A stretch of DNA of 63,712 bases, counting the filler, from Perkinsus chesapeaki ATCC PRA-425 (Eukaryota; Protista; Perkinsozoa): NCBI GenBank assembly GCA_013115145.1. It is 6 parts of 6 records of this genome, joined end to end, with 100 filler letters (N's around TTAATTAATTAA, not from the genome) between each part and the next. Parts side by side here need not be neighbours in the genome. Positions count along the whole stretch, not along the records: positions 24,087 to 47,658 come from JAAPAO010000561.1; 5 more parts are not named here. The stretch is one strand, 5' to 3'. The position numbers and the translations under genes are program-made. The notes below the pieces were generated by a model that was given only the letters and a program-made list of their open reading frames with translations, was not told the DNA's origin and ran no database searches. This document shows, in pieces, positions 35,101 to 45,250 of this stretch. The first letter of the stretch is position 1. Every line of letters begins with the position of its first letter.

Positions 35101-38100
35101 GTATCTCCGTCTTGCGCTGGTGCCTGGATGCCTGGTTAGTCGCTGCGCGGGACAAGACGCGCCGTGGTCCCCGGTCGAAGGACTTCCAGCCCTTCCCCCG
35201 GAACTGGACTAGGGAAGACCTTCTTGTTCTCCTGCGCGCGGACCAGGGCGGCAACTCGGCAGTCTGCAGCCTGCGTGAGAAGGGTTTCTCTGAACCCTAT
35301 TACGATATTGATGGTCTGGTGACCTTCCGCTCTAGTCTCTCTAGTGGGGCGGTGGCTTTCCGCCCGTTGGTCAGCAGTTTGATCCGTGATAAGCTTCTTC
35401 GTGATGTCCATCGAAGTCATGGCCACTGTGGGGTAGATTACATGTGCGGAAGGGTAACTCAGGGATTCCATGCTCAGCGCCTTCGCTCTGCCGCCGCCCT
35501 TATAAAGCAGCACTGCGTCTTCTGCGCGCGGTTCTGTGCGTCGTTCCCAAAGACATGGACGGTGCCTTGTGGAGGCCCCTTCTTCGACCTAGAGAGTTTG
35601 ATGGCTCTCCCAGCCTACAGTGTTGTGGGCATCGATTTCCTTTCCTTAGCACCCAAGGTCAAGGTCTTGGCCGTAGTCTGCGCGGCGACAAGACACTGCT
35701 CCCTGTTCTACACCCCTCAGGAGAACTCGCACTGCTCCTTAGCTGCCATTAAGGAACTGTGCCTCTTGTTTGGTCGGCCCTTGTGTGTATATTCTGATCG
35801 TGCCAGCTATTTTCGGAGCTCCTACTTTCTGGAAGGGCTCGAGAAGATGGGCATTCAGAATGTTCACTTGGCCTCGCGCTCCCCATTTGAGGGTTCCCTC
35901 TATGAACGTCGCAACCAGGAAGTCCGACGGCTTCTCCGCTTCTTTGAAGAACTACCGGTGGTACGCCGTCTTCTTGCTCACTTTGATGCTTCCTCGGTTT
36001 CCGATGTAACCTCTCTGCGACGGCTGTTGATGGAGATATCCCTTATTATGAATCAAAGGCCCTTGGGTATCAGCCGGTCTGGGGAGGATGTTAATACTAT
36101 ATGCCCTGACAGCTTATGCTTTGGTTATACTCGTCGCACTGACCAGCTCAGTGAACCCCTGTTTGAAGTACCGAATAGACCTTCAGTGGTGGATGAGGGA
36201 GTTCCTCAGGCAGGGGTGGACATGGTTATCGATTCTGCCGCTGTGCGTCGAGGTTCTACAGGTTATCTTCCTCTGGGCGCTCAAGGCTCCCCGCCTCAGC
36301 GCTTCTCTGCTGTTAGGAATTCTTTTCTATCTTATCATTTTCAGTGGTTGAGGGATCGCTCTACCCGAAACGTCGTTCGCGGCGTGGCGAAGGCTGGTAA
36401 CGTCTCCATTCACTTTGATGAGGGCGACCTAGTCTTTGTGAAGAGTGGTAAAGTCATTTACCCGGCCAGGGTAGTCCAGACCCTTCCCGGCTCGGATGGT
36501 GTTGTACGCCGCTTGCGCGTGCGCAATAGCAAGTCGGGACACGAGTCTACGGTGTCTCACCACAATGTTGTCAAGTCGTCTATTGAGTCGTCGCTGCAGG
36601 ACTAGATTATGTTCGATCTGGGGGCCGTTTATATTGCCACTAGAGCGAGATCGAACTACCTAGGCGTAGCGCATGACCAACTCTCATTATACTACCTCTT
36701 TTCTAGTCAGAGTAGAGTCATTGTGCTGGTGATAAGTGTTCGCACGCATGCTCTGCGCATGCGTTCACCATTGTAGTTGTACGCAAGCACAATATATACC
36801 CTTTTATCTACTCTCCCTTGTTAACTCATGAGTCGTGTTCAAGAGCAGTCCAGCAATGGTGTGGATGGGCAACACTCTCTGTATAAATTCAAATATTCGG
36901 CAGACTTGATACAGACACAGTATATGTGTCAAGTCTGTCGAATGTTTGACTGACTATAATCGTTAGTGTATCATACACAGTATTGACACATGATAATGTT
37001 ATGATGATCCCCAGAATCCCGCAACTCTCATACCGTCTTTCCGCCGCCAGTTCCCAACCAACCTCCGGTCCCTCCCTTTAAGGTCGGTAAGTTTCCTCCA
37101 CGTTTGGTTCCCCAGTGCGACTGCGCTCGCGATGACATGCGTGACCGATCTCATGCCGTATTGGTGGTACTCTCCACCATGGCTGGTTACCAGACGTTGA
37201 ATCTAACCACCACGTTCAGCCCGGACAGCTTCCCGTTTTAATCAGCCAGCAGTATTTCGACCAACGCTTATAACGGACCGATTGATCAAGGCAATCGCTC
37301 GACTGTGCAGCCATCCCGAAAGACTCATTCGTCTGCATGAGGACAAGCTTTTCAACTCGAGGAGATTTCACTCGACACCAAGGTGGGGCGTGACCGACAA
37401 TTTCCAGGTAGATATAGGGACTCATCTGGCTCACGGAGATATGCTCCTCGAGGACCAAGAAGTGCTTCTGATGCGGAAATTCCGTTTAGGAAATGAGGAC
37501 AATTATTGATAGTGATTCGGAAACAAGATACTCCCTAAATACGGATCTTATATCCTTATATGATACTTTCGAGGGAAAACTTCCCGTGCATTCCTCCTGT
37601 CAACCTTATTCTGCATCACACGAAGTTTGGGTCAAAGTTGGAAAACCATTTTCCGCATTACCCTTACCTCCTCCTCACTGGACCCTTCCATCCGCCCTGT
37701 CAGCCAGAACGTAAGTCCCTTGAACACATCTCCTCCGCCACCACCACCTTTCCGACCTTCAGCTTCGGAACAAGCGTAGCGTTCTTGGTAACTGACCTAG
37801 GGGATACATCCAGCTCAATGCAGACGCCATAGAAGAAGGCTCTGAGAATCGATCATCCTTTACGGCTACGGTGTTAGGAGGTCATCACTTGCATATGTTG
37901 TAAAGTGAACAAGTCAAGGTGACGTGAATATGCTGGCATCTGGGAGATATCTTTCCCTCGTTCAAAACTGCCCGAAGACTCACAGGACACTCTTGCCGAA
38001 TCCCTCACCGTTTCAACAACTGCTTCCGCTTCTCCATAAGATACTCCCTCTCGCTCTGCCACCCGCTTGAGGAAGGCGCTCGCATGGAAGCCTCGGCAGA

Positions 38101-38575
38101 AGTCGCCTTCGCTGTCGGGCGTGCCAGCTCGCCGCGCCGACCAGACATTGCCAAACACTCTGCGAAATTTTCTCCACTTTCCCCATTGACGAACACTTTC
38201 CTCAAAATGTAGTGTCTCAATTCTATATCGCCTGCAAATAATCCAGGATTGTAAAACGTGCGTTGAGGAATAGTAAGGAAGAGCAAGTTTGCAAGATTGA
38301 GTATATCTGGCAACTCGAGGAACAAATCTGATACTGGAAATGCGGGACATCACCAACCCAGCATCATCGCCCAGGCATAGCCGAAGGTGCTCAACGAAAT
38401 GAGAATCAGCAAGGCCACGGGAAAACCTGAGAGGAGCTGCAATACTGGACTTAGCGAGTTCGTAGAGAAGCGTCAAGCTTTCCAAGAGGAAGGCGCCACT
38501 CATTTCAAAAATCCATACCGCGCTCGATGCCATCAGTTTAGCGAATGAGGAAATCACTCTCGCGAATAGGGACAT
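29120..38575 (-). CDS. REV1-like BRCT-domain protein, spliced across an LTR-containing 7-kb intron
   Basis: Exons 37796-37668, 37202-37063 and 30011-29120 join in phase to give DVFKGLTFWLTGRMEGSSEEEIQRLVTSHGGEYHQYGMRSVTHVIASA...RSYVVVTPQWVVDAAKFGKLPDVHLY, a REV1-type BRCT. The C-terminus is a helical region resembling the REV1 CTD. A phase-0 donor at 37889 links the upstream ORF (start 38575, tentative). Confidence 0.7.
30461..30703 (+). repeat. 5' LTR (243 bp)
   Basis: TATTGCC...GGCAACA. Matches 36632-36874 with no difference seen. Confidence 0.95.
30657..32174 (+). CDS. gag: Gag-like ORF (coiled-coil N-terminus, capsid-like middle, RRM-like C-terminus, no CCHC knuckle)
   Basis: 505-aa ORF upstream of pol inside the LTR element. 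The first ATG falls within the 5' LTR, so the true start is uncertain. Confidence 0.8.
   Translation: MSRVQEQSSNGVDGQHIGDSGRINDPASSSISLQDLKSARTVARRNRTRLANVLKRVKADIANYQESEDLPEGEEDAEYESLLSKEDSLESQLADAEVAVAEAERAVDDQLLVDVQRRLPAPTLLTSGLAQQDPVGHPDVTASPVASLQGRRQAATPRSAGLSSNTAQSNDSVSKVLIPKLADPYNFVNHLNMFCRIMVDHGHGRFVDGAFVPSGQETSLVVKLVKSVDKCASLHQAAESAAQTSTYQWGPTVGSLVRQFGSKETIRTEVARKLKNLKFQSVGMAEAFNQQLTIIGNSWFSVYGSEPAEVRFLADNFLRKLPPDVLKSLTSHILALLPQDAIARWENHLQLHEDAPLPTSSPSICLTTAIATVCKSIEIAESLGGTASVPGFRRFDKVHRVGDSSSPTPISDFVSKHAVGSVMYFRTDRTDISDDSLQDHFSRLGSKSTMVLHHPRGHTYGFAAFDDATRMESAIPTATSEALGVTARRYEKPGNGGGPRFGRRR
30707..30724 (+). promoter_or_regulatory. Primer-binding site, probably for tRNA-Ser
   Basis: TGGCGACAGCGGCAGGAT lies 3 nt after the LTR. 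Its complement ATCCTGCCGCTGTCGCCA is a tRNA 3' end with CCA and discriminator G, typical of tRNA-Ser. The tRNA identity is inferred. Confidence 0.8.
32129..34267 (+). CDS. pol: Pol part 1: aspartic protease, reverse transcriptase, start of RNase H
   Basis: VVDSASGYSYI...LLLGRD (protease); GRLVCDFRPLN, ADCHSAFY, CFGVVHGP, FVDD (RT); LQTDASASGAG (RNase H first Asp). Confidence 0.9.
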   Translation, partial: EAGKRRGAPFWPTSVGVGALNSLTDPNSITTAIGCNIFKNDTIDCNIVLKDGSPLRSRAPIPSAEDEGFIDDIVQAFSSTSSSLPEISFRGHLEGVEVQCVVDSASGYSYIAACDVGRLPVTPVPLDQPFQVRVANGAVVKGSSAVSGTLELFELSSAAVVCRRPITLRVLPSRGTLGSCGLPCLLLGRDLMDLMSLQVEARLCSYKGHTLYQYFPTVEELVRCARLDDQLYHLCELNGSWLRAISPVGHSPSSEDLSVYVNLPVSSQTREQVAEYCRSLGQRKPFRQDERGYYSELVPLPVEDLDRFPEYQEYCWQICCPQPSRVRQGRQYAVKSYAKLTKEQRSQYRELVDTYVARGHWTPLTTAPSNAAAEVFLTGTEKKGRLVCDFRPLNQALPKSSTNTTFIPVLMCCLRLLRPAVLIFADCHSAFYMLRHCLHEGCLNSLEMHTGDDKYFSSSRVCFGVVHGPESLEESLGRQVTTVIEKPPVPVEQGGIAEFVDDLTVALGPADLAVVGLLLSTLIYFLGICGFLVALAKFSILVVDSEAPELATLKPFMKPEASMLGVKASFKSGCLFLQCDRTESLQSALSILLRERWTKIAIYAVSGALGHDPLALHGDIKPLCDAARRLFGSVFSKVPWSQALGHDDFSAEQWKCWMEIHSRWLDFINMAIASPCEHVMPLAEGRLQLILQTDASASGAGVFIGQSNEHAR
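32135..32186 (+). promoter_or_regulatory. -1 programmed ribosomal frameshift signal (gag-pol)
   Basis: G GGA AAC (32135-32141) is correctly phased in gag. A 6-nt spacer is followed by the stem GGGCCCCG (32148-32155) / CGGGGCCC (32179-32186). The -1 frame is open from 32129 into pol. Confidence 0.8.
34209..36605 (+). CDS. pol: Pol part 2 (+1 frame): rest of RNase H, integrase and C-terminal domain
   Basis: HSNRREMLA, QSDNHS, HLPGVQNAAADELSR (RNase H); H-x2-H...C-x2-C zinc finger; VGIDF, YSDRASYF, GSLYERRNQEVRR (DDE); MNQRPL; YPARVVQTLPGSDGVVRRLRV. Confidence 0.9.
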   Translation: MPALRERACSLDSPMNTPAEQFGLRQRTGEILPLVRDACSWTALQQRYHSNRREMLALYRGVCWLSRILVQLKTMSFSTSPVVTDPPIIQSDNHSTVRWCLSSCSTLKFTAIERHALHRIASALGNELLQIRKICGGYEVMHLPGVQNAAADELSRVLSVGVKGQLSLPLFQLLNHATGLKEYPAADDLFVLAEVLGSSEVHDLCFEYCGPGCSRPPSGEAALGDQECAAPDAATLYVLQQVCPEASFILQEEDFVDRCFTLEEEPEDASQGHQPQTESYLVRRLGSDTWSIDQACRSISVLRWCLDAWLVAARDKTRRGPRSKDFQPFPRNWTREDLLVLLRADQGGNSAVCSLREKGFSEPYYDIDGLVTFRSSLSSGAVAFRPLVSSLIRDKLLRDVHRSHGHCGVDYMCGRVTQGFHAQRLRSAAALIKQHCVFCARFCASFPKTWTVPCGGPFFDLESLMALPAYSVVGIDFLSLAPKVKVLAVVCAATRHCSLFYTPQENSHCSLAAIKELCLLFGRPLCVYSDRASYFRSSYFLEGLEKMGIQNVHLASRSPFEGSLYERRNQEVRRLLRFFEELPVVRRLLAHFDASSVSDVTSLRRLLMEISLIMNQRPLGISRSGEDVNTICPDSLCFGYTRRTDQLSEPLFEVPNRPSVVDEGVPQAGVDMVIDSAAVRRGSTGYLPLGAQGSPPQRFSAVRNSFLSYHFQWLRDRSTRNVVRGVAKAGNVSIHFDEGDLVFVKSGKVIYPARVVQTLPGSDGVVRRLRVRNSKSGHESTVSHHNVVKSSIESSLQD
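36632..36874 (+). repeat. 3' LTR (243 bp)
   Basis: Direct repeat of 30461-30703, preceded by a weak G-tract (CTGGGGGCCG). Confidence 0.95.
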
Positions 38576-38863
38576 CACTTCCGGGTTGCACTTTCAACGG
38601 CACAAAAAATCTCCGTGGTGCTGAAAATTGCACCACACCTGCAGAAGGTCGGCAAGCTGTACCAAAACTTGTAAAAGTCTGATCGATGACGGCCCGTTGA
38701 AGGGGCTAACCCGGAGGGGGTACATCCGGCCGCGGAAGACTCGGATCGATTTCTGCTGCCGACGGCAAACAGTGGAATTATCCAGTGAATATACCATCGA
38801 CTATCGCATTAGTCAATTGCTACGATTTTCCAAGGTAGCCCGAAAGAAGACCGTGCCGAGCTG

Positions 38864-41800
38864 TCAGAGGTTCACCCCAAACCTACCGGATTTTACAAAG
38901 TCTTTCGACTGCAAAACCGGAGCGGGCGGCGCTCCGGGCAGAGACAGATGGACAACACCGGCAGCATTCGCGTTCGGGAAGGAACTGAAATTATAATATT
39001 TCGCGCGCCATGAAATACGCAGTATAACTTTAAAATCGAACTTCGCGATACAACTCAATTGAGAAGGCACGGTTACGTCGTGGAAGAATGGCGCAGTAAG
39101 ACGCAATGGAGAACAAACAAAACCAGAAAAGTGCTGCTCTACTTCCACAATCCAGCAGGGGGCTCAAGTCTAAACTGCAATGAAAATCTACAGTGCGCTC
39201 GGGTTTGTTGGGCAAGTTGATTGAAATGGAATAGTCAACGTTTAAGTAAGTGAGGATTAAAGCTTCCAGCAACAAGAGGAAGCGACCGATAAATGTGATG
39301 GTGCATAAGGGTGCGAAGATTGGCAGCGCAGACGTTTCAGGGACTCACCTGACAGGAAGGCCCATGGCAGCGGATGTCATAAGCGCACAGCCGACGGTGA
39401 ACAGGCGAGGATGACCAACTACCGCACCAACCTGAAGGAAAAAATATCTTTTTCTTCCGGCGCGAAATCCATACAAGGAAAGCGAGTGGCGACGATAGCC
39501 TTTATTTGTGATATAGGACGAAAAGAGAACACCTGTGAGCTCGTCGGAATATGATATTATCGCTTCGCCGAGGTTTTCGAGAGTAGTTGAATACACGGTA
39601 GCGGTTTGCGCACGCGTGCACAAGCAACCAGCGTAACCACGTCCTTGAGCGGCCGAGCAGGTTAAATAATTCTTAATCGAAAATTTCAACTGCGGAAGAA
39701 ACTGCTGCGGAGTTGATTCGCTGAAAATTCCTTCAGGCTTGATGAACCCCTGGGGCGATCACAGAGACATGTAATTCGGAGCAACGGAGCTTGAGGTAAA
39801 AATGGTGTAGTGAAGCCTCCTAGGAAATGAAACCCCTTACGGAAGGGTAAGAAAGACCAACGGTAGAGATTCAGAACTGGCAATTTCGCGGTTGCCGCCT
39901 TTTAATGATACTGCTGAAAACTGCTGTATGACACTGACAAATATCGCTCGCCCAGAAAAAATGAAAACGATCCGAAACTTTCGAATTTACCTTCCTATAA
40001 CAGAAACATTCTACAACACGTGGAGTGAAAAGAAATGTGGAATAGTCACAAAAACTCTGCGAAAATCGAGCATGTGCTCACTCTCGGATACGCCCACCAT
40101 CTTACCTTCGCAACAACCGGCAGCGCTATAATAGCACAGACCGTCGAAGAAAGGAAGTTCGCAACCAGACCAGTGCAGACAAAGAAACAAGTAGCGCTCG
40201 CCCAGACGCTCGCTCCTTCCAGCGACTTCGAGATACCGTTCGCCAAGATTCTCAGTAATCCAGAGCTCTCGACCGCGTTACCGAGAGCCACGCCACCGCC
40301 AAGGAGGGTCAGCACGGACCACTGAGAAAAGGAAAAAAGTATTTACGGCGTAAGTTGTTCAAAAGTCGGTTTCAACTGTTTTCAAGGTAGGTTGTTTAAA
40401 ACAACACACCCTTGTGAACATATTTTACCGTTAATTCTACGGTATTTGGTCAAGTTCTGTTTCGATAACATACGTCATATCGAAAGATAGTTCCGAGGGT
40501 GATATCTCACGGAATTACGGTCGATATTTTCGTATCCCAGCAGATGCAGTCAAAGACTAAATCGTTATTAAATGCTGCCTTGGGAAGAACAATAGGCATT
40601 CTAACACTGTCCCAGATTTTCGACGACGGAGTTGCCGTGTTGAGGATCAACCTACATTTTCGAGCGACTTCACGCGCCTTTCCTCCTCCTTACCTGCATG
40701 CCCTGCCAGTCCTCAGTTGTCAAAATTCCAAGGCAATGAAATGCCACCACTGACATCAAACCAATTATACCCATGTTCCCGAAGATGCTCTGGAGGCCGG
40801 CGATATCGAAAATCATCCAAAGGAAAACTGTTGAGCAAACTATACCTGACAAAAACTGTGAGAAGGCAAATGAAGCAATTCTCACCAATAACGGTCCAAT
40901 CTGTAGAATTTAACGGCGCGTGACTTTCATCAACCTCCGATGCCACTGAATCCTTCTCCGTATCTGATACAGCAACATCGTTTCTAATGCTCAATAAAAC
41001 ATTCCACGCGGCAAACAATCTCTATTAGGTTTATAACGAATCTTAATAAGTAATTGAGACCGTGGTAAAATACCTATATACCTTACTAATACGATATTCA
41101 CGGTTATGTTTTGGTGGGGCTGAAGTGGGAGAAAAATGCTTACAAAAAACTAATGACACTATCCGAGAAAGAAAATTACGTGGATTCAGAATATATATGT
41201 CACACCGTTTCAAACGTTTTTCCACAAGAAATCTCGCTCCCCTTATTAATAATACATTATTCATATCGGTCTTTTAACCAATTATATACTTTATTAGAAT
41301 ATATAATATCTATCATTTACTAATAAATTAAATATTAATAAAAAACATTAATTAAAATTAACTGATTAATAATTAAACAAGATAGACAATATTGTATTAA
41401 AGATATCTCTATTAATTAACTATTATATTAATTCTCCCAGCCACACCAAGACGGCTTGGCACATAAAACTACTTTTTGGATCAAAATGCACTACGATAAA
41501 GTGAGCTCCATCTTAACACGGAATGACGACTCGCCCAACAAACGCACTGTCCACTTACCAACTCCCCTCTTCTCCTTCAATTCAATTGTCTTCGTCGCAT
41601 CGCTCCGCTCTCCTCGATAAATAAATTTTAAAACCGTAAAAACCGCCAATGCCGACAACACACAAACCGGCAATGCAAAAATAATCCACTGCATGAAGGA
41701 CAAATCCGAGCCTCCATTGGACCCTGACGAAAAAGTCACGCGCCACGAAATTAAACGCAACTTACGCAAAGCAACCAGGGCTATAACGTTCTGTGGCGAG

Positions 41801-44800
41801 GCTATCGGTGTGATCATACCACCGACATTACCTGAAATAGAAACATCTTCAATTATTCTCGATGTTTCGTCTTGCGTTCTGTCGCCCTAGCGTGAGATTT
41901 TTCTAAAGCAATGTTTTGTCAGGAAGCTGTAGATGAACATCAGATGCTTGTGAGAACCAAACGATGCATTTTTCTGGGACAAGCTGCTTCTCCCAAGAGA
42001 TACATCTTTTGTTCTTTTGGCAGTCCGCGGACAAATTCTTCCGAGGTTAGATAACCCCTACTCCTCTTACCGAGGAGTGTCTATCATTACGATATGCACT
42101 AGTATTACTAATACTCAATATAAACGTATTAGCGACCTTGCTTGAACTTCTTTCTTATCTTCACCACCTGAGCGGCCGGATGCCATTCCTTCTGGTAGCA
42201 TTTCGTGCTCCCGGGTTCAGACCGTCTGTCTGGAGCACCGGGAAGCCGGGAACACCCCGGTGAACAGCTCTGAATCAGACCCTCTGTTCACCACACCCAT
42301 TTTCATTCCAAAACTTTAGCTCGCGCTGAACTATCCTCTCTCAGCGGAACTCTGTCTTTTACTACAGATCTGTCCTTTGCAGCAAGATACGAAAATTCAG
42401 AGGAATTTCCCCAAATTTTTCCTATTCCAAATTTTACCTTCTACAGTGTGATCCGAACTGTTATGCAAATCACTATTTTCATAACTCTCTTACTCCAACG
42501 AATGAAAAAACTTTGGGCATTTCCATTTTACTTCACAAAACCACTCAGAGCCATTTCTGATGTCACACTGCAATCGGAGTAAAAAGCCCCTGCCGAGGTT
42601 CGAACCCACGACCCTTACATCCAAAGGCCACACTAAGTACAGTCCGCTTCGCCTCTGTATCCGAAAGCTCCCTCGCCACTGGTGCTACCACGGCTGTTAA
42701 TAATACTGCTGCTGCCACGTTAGAGAGGGCTCCAGAGACGAGCAAGCCCAAGGACAGAATAACCTAGAATGTGACCGAGAAAATAACAAAATAAACTATA
42801 GTATGACCGAAAACAGTGATATATAGAGCCCAGATACTAAATGAAAATTTTACATATAAATTTACTTTAGATAAATTATATATTCGATAAATATTGTATA
42901 TGGTGCAGGTTAAAGAACTGAATAAGCTACCTGGTCAAGAATGCTTCACGGTGTGTTCGCTTTTCTTGGGAAAGTCGACCGAAGTTCATTTTTTACGTCA
43001 AAATGACCAAGATAAGCTGACATCTTGGGAGATACAACCATGAAAGATGGGGAATCGGAATTTGGTATAACTTTCATGACAACAAAACTCCCAGCCGTTT
43101 CATTGTGATGGTGACGAGCAAGATAGAAACTGGCCTTCCTCAGCGTTCGTTTTCTGTTATGGATTTTACACTTCATATAAAAAGTAGCACAGTAAACTGC
43201 ATATACTGATATAGCAGAGAAAATATATACTGTATGTATTCGCTATATGTTATTTTATTTCACAATCGCGTTCCCAAATTCTGTCCTCTCCCACCGCCAA
43301 ACTCACCAGTGAAAGCTTGTCTCCACCAGTCGCCACCCGAGCCAGCAACCTCCTCGCTAGTCGCTCAGTAATGTGATACCTAGTAGCTCTCACGACATAA
43401 TCGATCACGCGATCGATTACTTCTCCAAGGCTTGTCCCATAGCGAATCCAGATATAAACAGGAAAATAACAGGATCGAAGTACGCTGACGAAACCACTGT
43501 TGCAGCTGCAGACGGTGGCAAAAGTTCGCCTGAGAAAAACAGGAAATCCCCAACCGTTTTATTACCAACGATGATTATCTATTATCATGAATGATAAGTT
43601 TGATGGGAAATATGTTACTAGTGATACGGAGGAGGAGATATAATAGGAAGGATTTTGATAGGAAATATATTCCTCGTCGATACTATCTATCAAACTTTCC
43701 AAATTCATGAAAATGCGCCGCTGTCTGATGTCTATCAATAGACTCTGCCAATATCTTCAATCCCCACTTCTCTACTACCATCTCCGATTTCACTACCGAC
43801 TATCCTAGCCGGCACCAAAGCCATCGATGACGGGTCCGGCACACGCATCACCCGGAAGACAACCTGAACAAAAACGAGCATCTTTCTATTGGCAATACTG
43901 TGATCGGGCAGATAAAAAGTACGCATGAGTATTACTGATTCAGTATTATTGATTTTACTGATTCAGTATCAAAGATATATGAGATATCCACAAGGGCATT
44001 CGACCGTTGCATAGTGCGATGTAATTCAGACCACTCCTCCTCCCGCACTGTGTAGAAACTAACATGCCCAAATAAAACAGAATAACGTGTTCTCCGTTAG
44101 TTCCTGTTTTACTACAGCTTCATACAGAATACGCGACCTATCCTTTTCATGAAATGTGATATACTGGTTGTTGGAAGAATTCAAATTGAGATGTTATGGA
44201 TACAAAAAGGTTCGTTACAGAAGATACGTGTAGTTCATATCAATATATTCATATAATATTATTTTCCTATATTTTTCCGTTTTCCATATCTATTATTTCC
44301 TTATATTCAATTCATATAATACGTATTATAACAAATTAAACTATAATTCTGTATTACGCTAGCATTATACTCTAACAACATCATTTAGATGTTATAATTA
44401 TGATCAATATAATAGTTCAAAAGGATGTTATATCATTTGACCCAGATAACACGCTATAGAAAATCAGGCATCTGTGAGAATACAAGGCAAATGACAGTCT
44501 GCTGCTCGCCGCATTGCTGGAGCATGCCTCCTCCCCAGATACTACGATTAATAGTCCAAGACAGAGTGATGTGACATACGGTGGCCATGGCTCCAACACC
44601 CACCACACCGCAGAGGCGATGAGTATACCAAGACATCGCTGGGCGGCACCATCACTTGATGAGAAACCCAGAGGGAGCACCTGAAATAAAAATGCACTTC
44701 TACAGCGCCGGTTACGGGTTGCCATGCCGAGCAGTTGATATCATAGCAAAGACCAGGCCATTGAGCAATGTGATGGCCAACAACAACGATACATTGATAA

Positions 44801-45250
44801 CTACTTATTAGTGATGCATAGTGACTTCGGAGTTACCACCATTTTTCCACTCATCTTGATGAAGTAAATTTTCACATCTTTCTACTATCTTACCGTCAAC
44901 GAGTCCCCCCCTACATCTGCCGCGTGGAGGACACGAAAACAAATATAAAATAATTTAATAATCATTCAATTTAATTTCATTCATCAATTTAAAAATATGA
45001 TCATTAAACCGCCAAGAAGCTTCTCGTCCCGTGAAGCTCCCGCTTCTTTCTCGCGTGGAATTAAGCTTATCCTATGCGCCGATGAATTGCCCAGCACTGG
45101 AAAGCTTTGGACGCCAATCTCTGCCCGAGTTATTACCGCTGCCAGAACGCCCAGGAAAACGCCGAGCCCAGCAGATGTGAGCTGCCTCCTGGTAGGCCAC
45201 ACAAATCGGGATGATGGGGAGCTGAAGAGAGAGATTACCAAGCGAATCAC
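38864..45250 (-). CDS. Multi-exon Pho87/Pho90/Pho91-like (SLC13/CitMHS-type) anion transporter; 5' end not resolved
   Basis: Exons AQRCLGILIASAVWWVLEPWPPYVTSL, ALSNVAAAVLL, AFGCNVGGMITPIASPQNVIAL, LLGGGVALGNAVESSGLL, NFLSSTVCAIIALPVVAKV, HPRLFTVGCALMTSAAMGLPV, SSFPNANA and LQSKDFVKSG follow the order seen in fungal low-affinity phosphate transporters. No SPX domain was confidently located. Confidence 0.85.

Larger units (their letters stand above)
30461..36874 (+). mobile_element. Full-length LTR retrotransposon (order PR-RT-RH-IN; BEL/Pao-like integrase)
   Basis: Two 243-bp LTRs that look identical by eye, a tRNA primer-binding site, gag, and a pol region with protease, RT, RNase H and integrase motifs. 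Confidence 0.95.

Noticed and set aside
30817-35513. Numerous antisense and alternative-frame ORFs within the retrotransposon
   Set aside because: Expected shadows of long GC-rich coding frames, with no independent motifs.
37864-37872. ACCGTAGCC (minus strand), the start of the Perkinsus/dinoflagellate spliced leader
   Set aside because: The match stops after 9 nt, with no ATC/TTTGGCTCAAG continuation or SL intron.
42581-42618. tRNA-like T-arm/B box (GGTTCGAACC) followed by TTTTT on the minus strand
   Set aside because: The T stem pairs poorly, no acceptor stem or anticodon arm can be built, and the upstream part is a coding exon. At most a tRNA-derived fragment.
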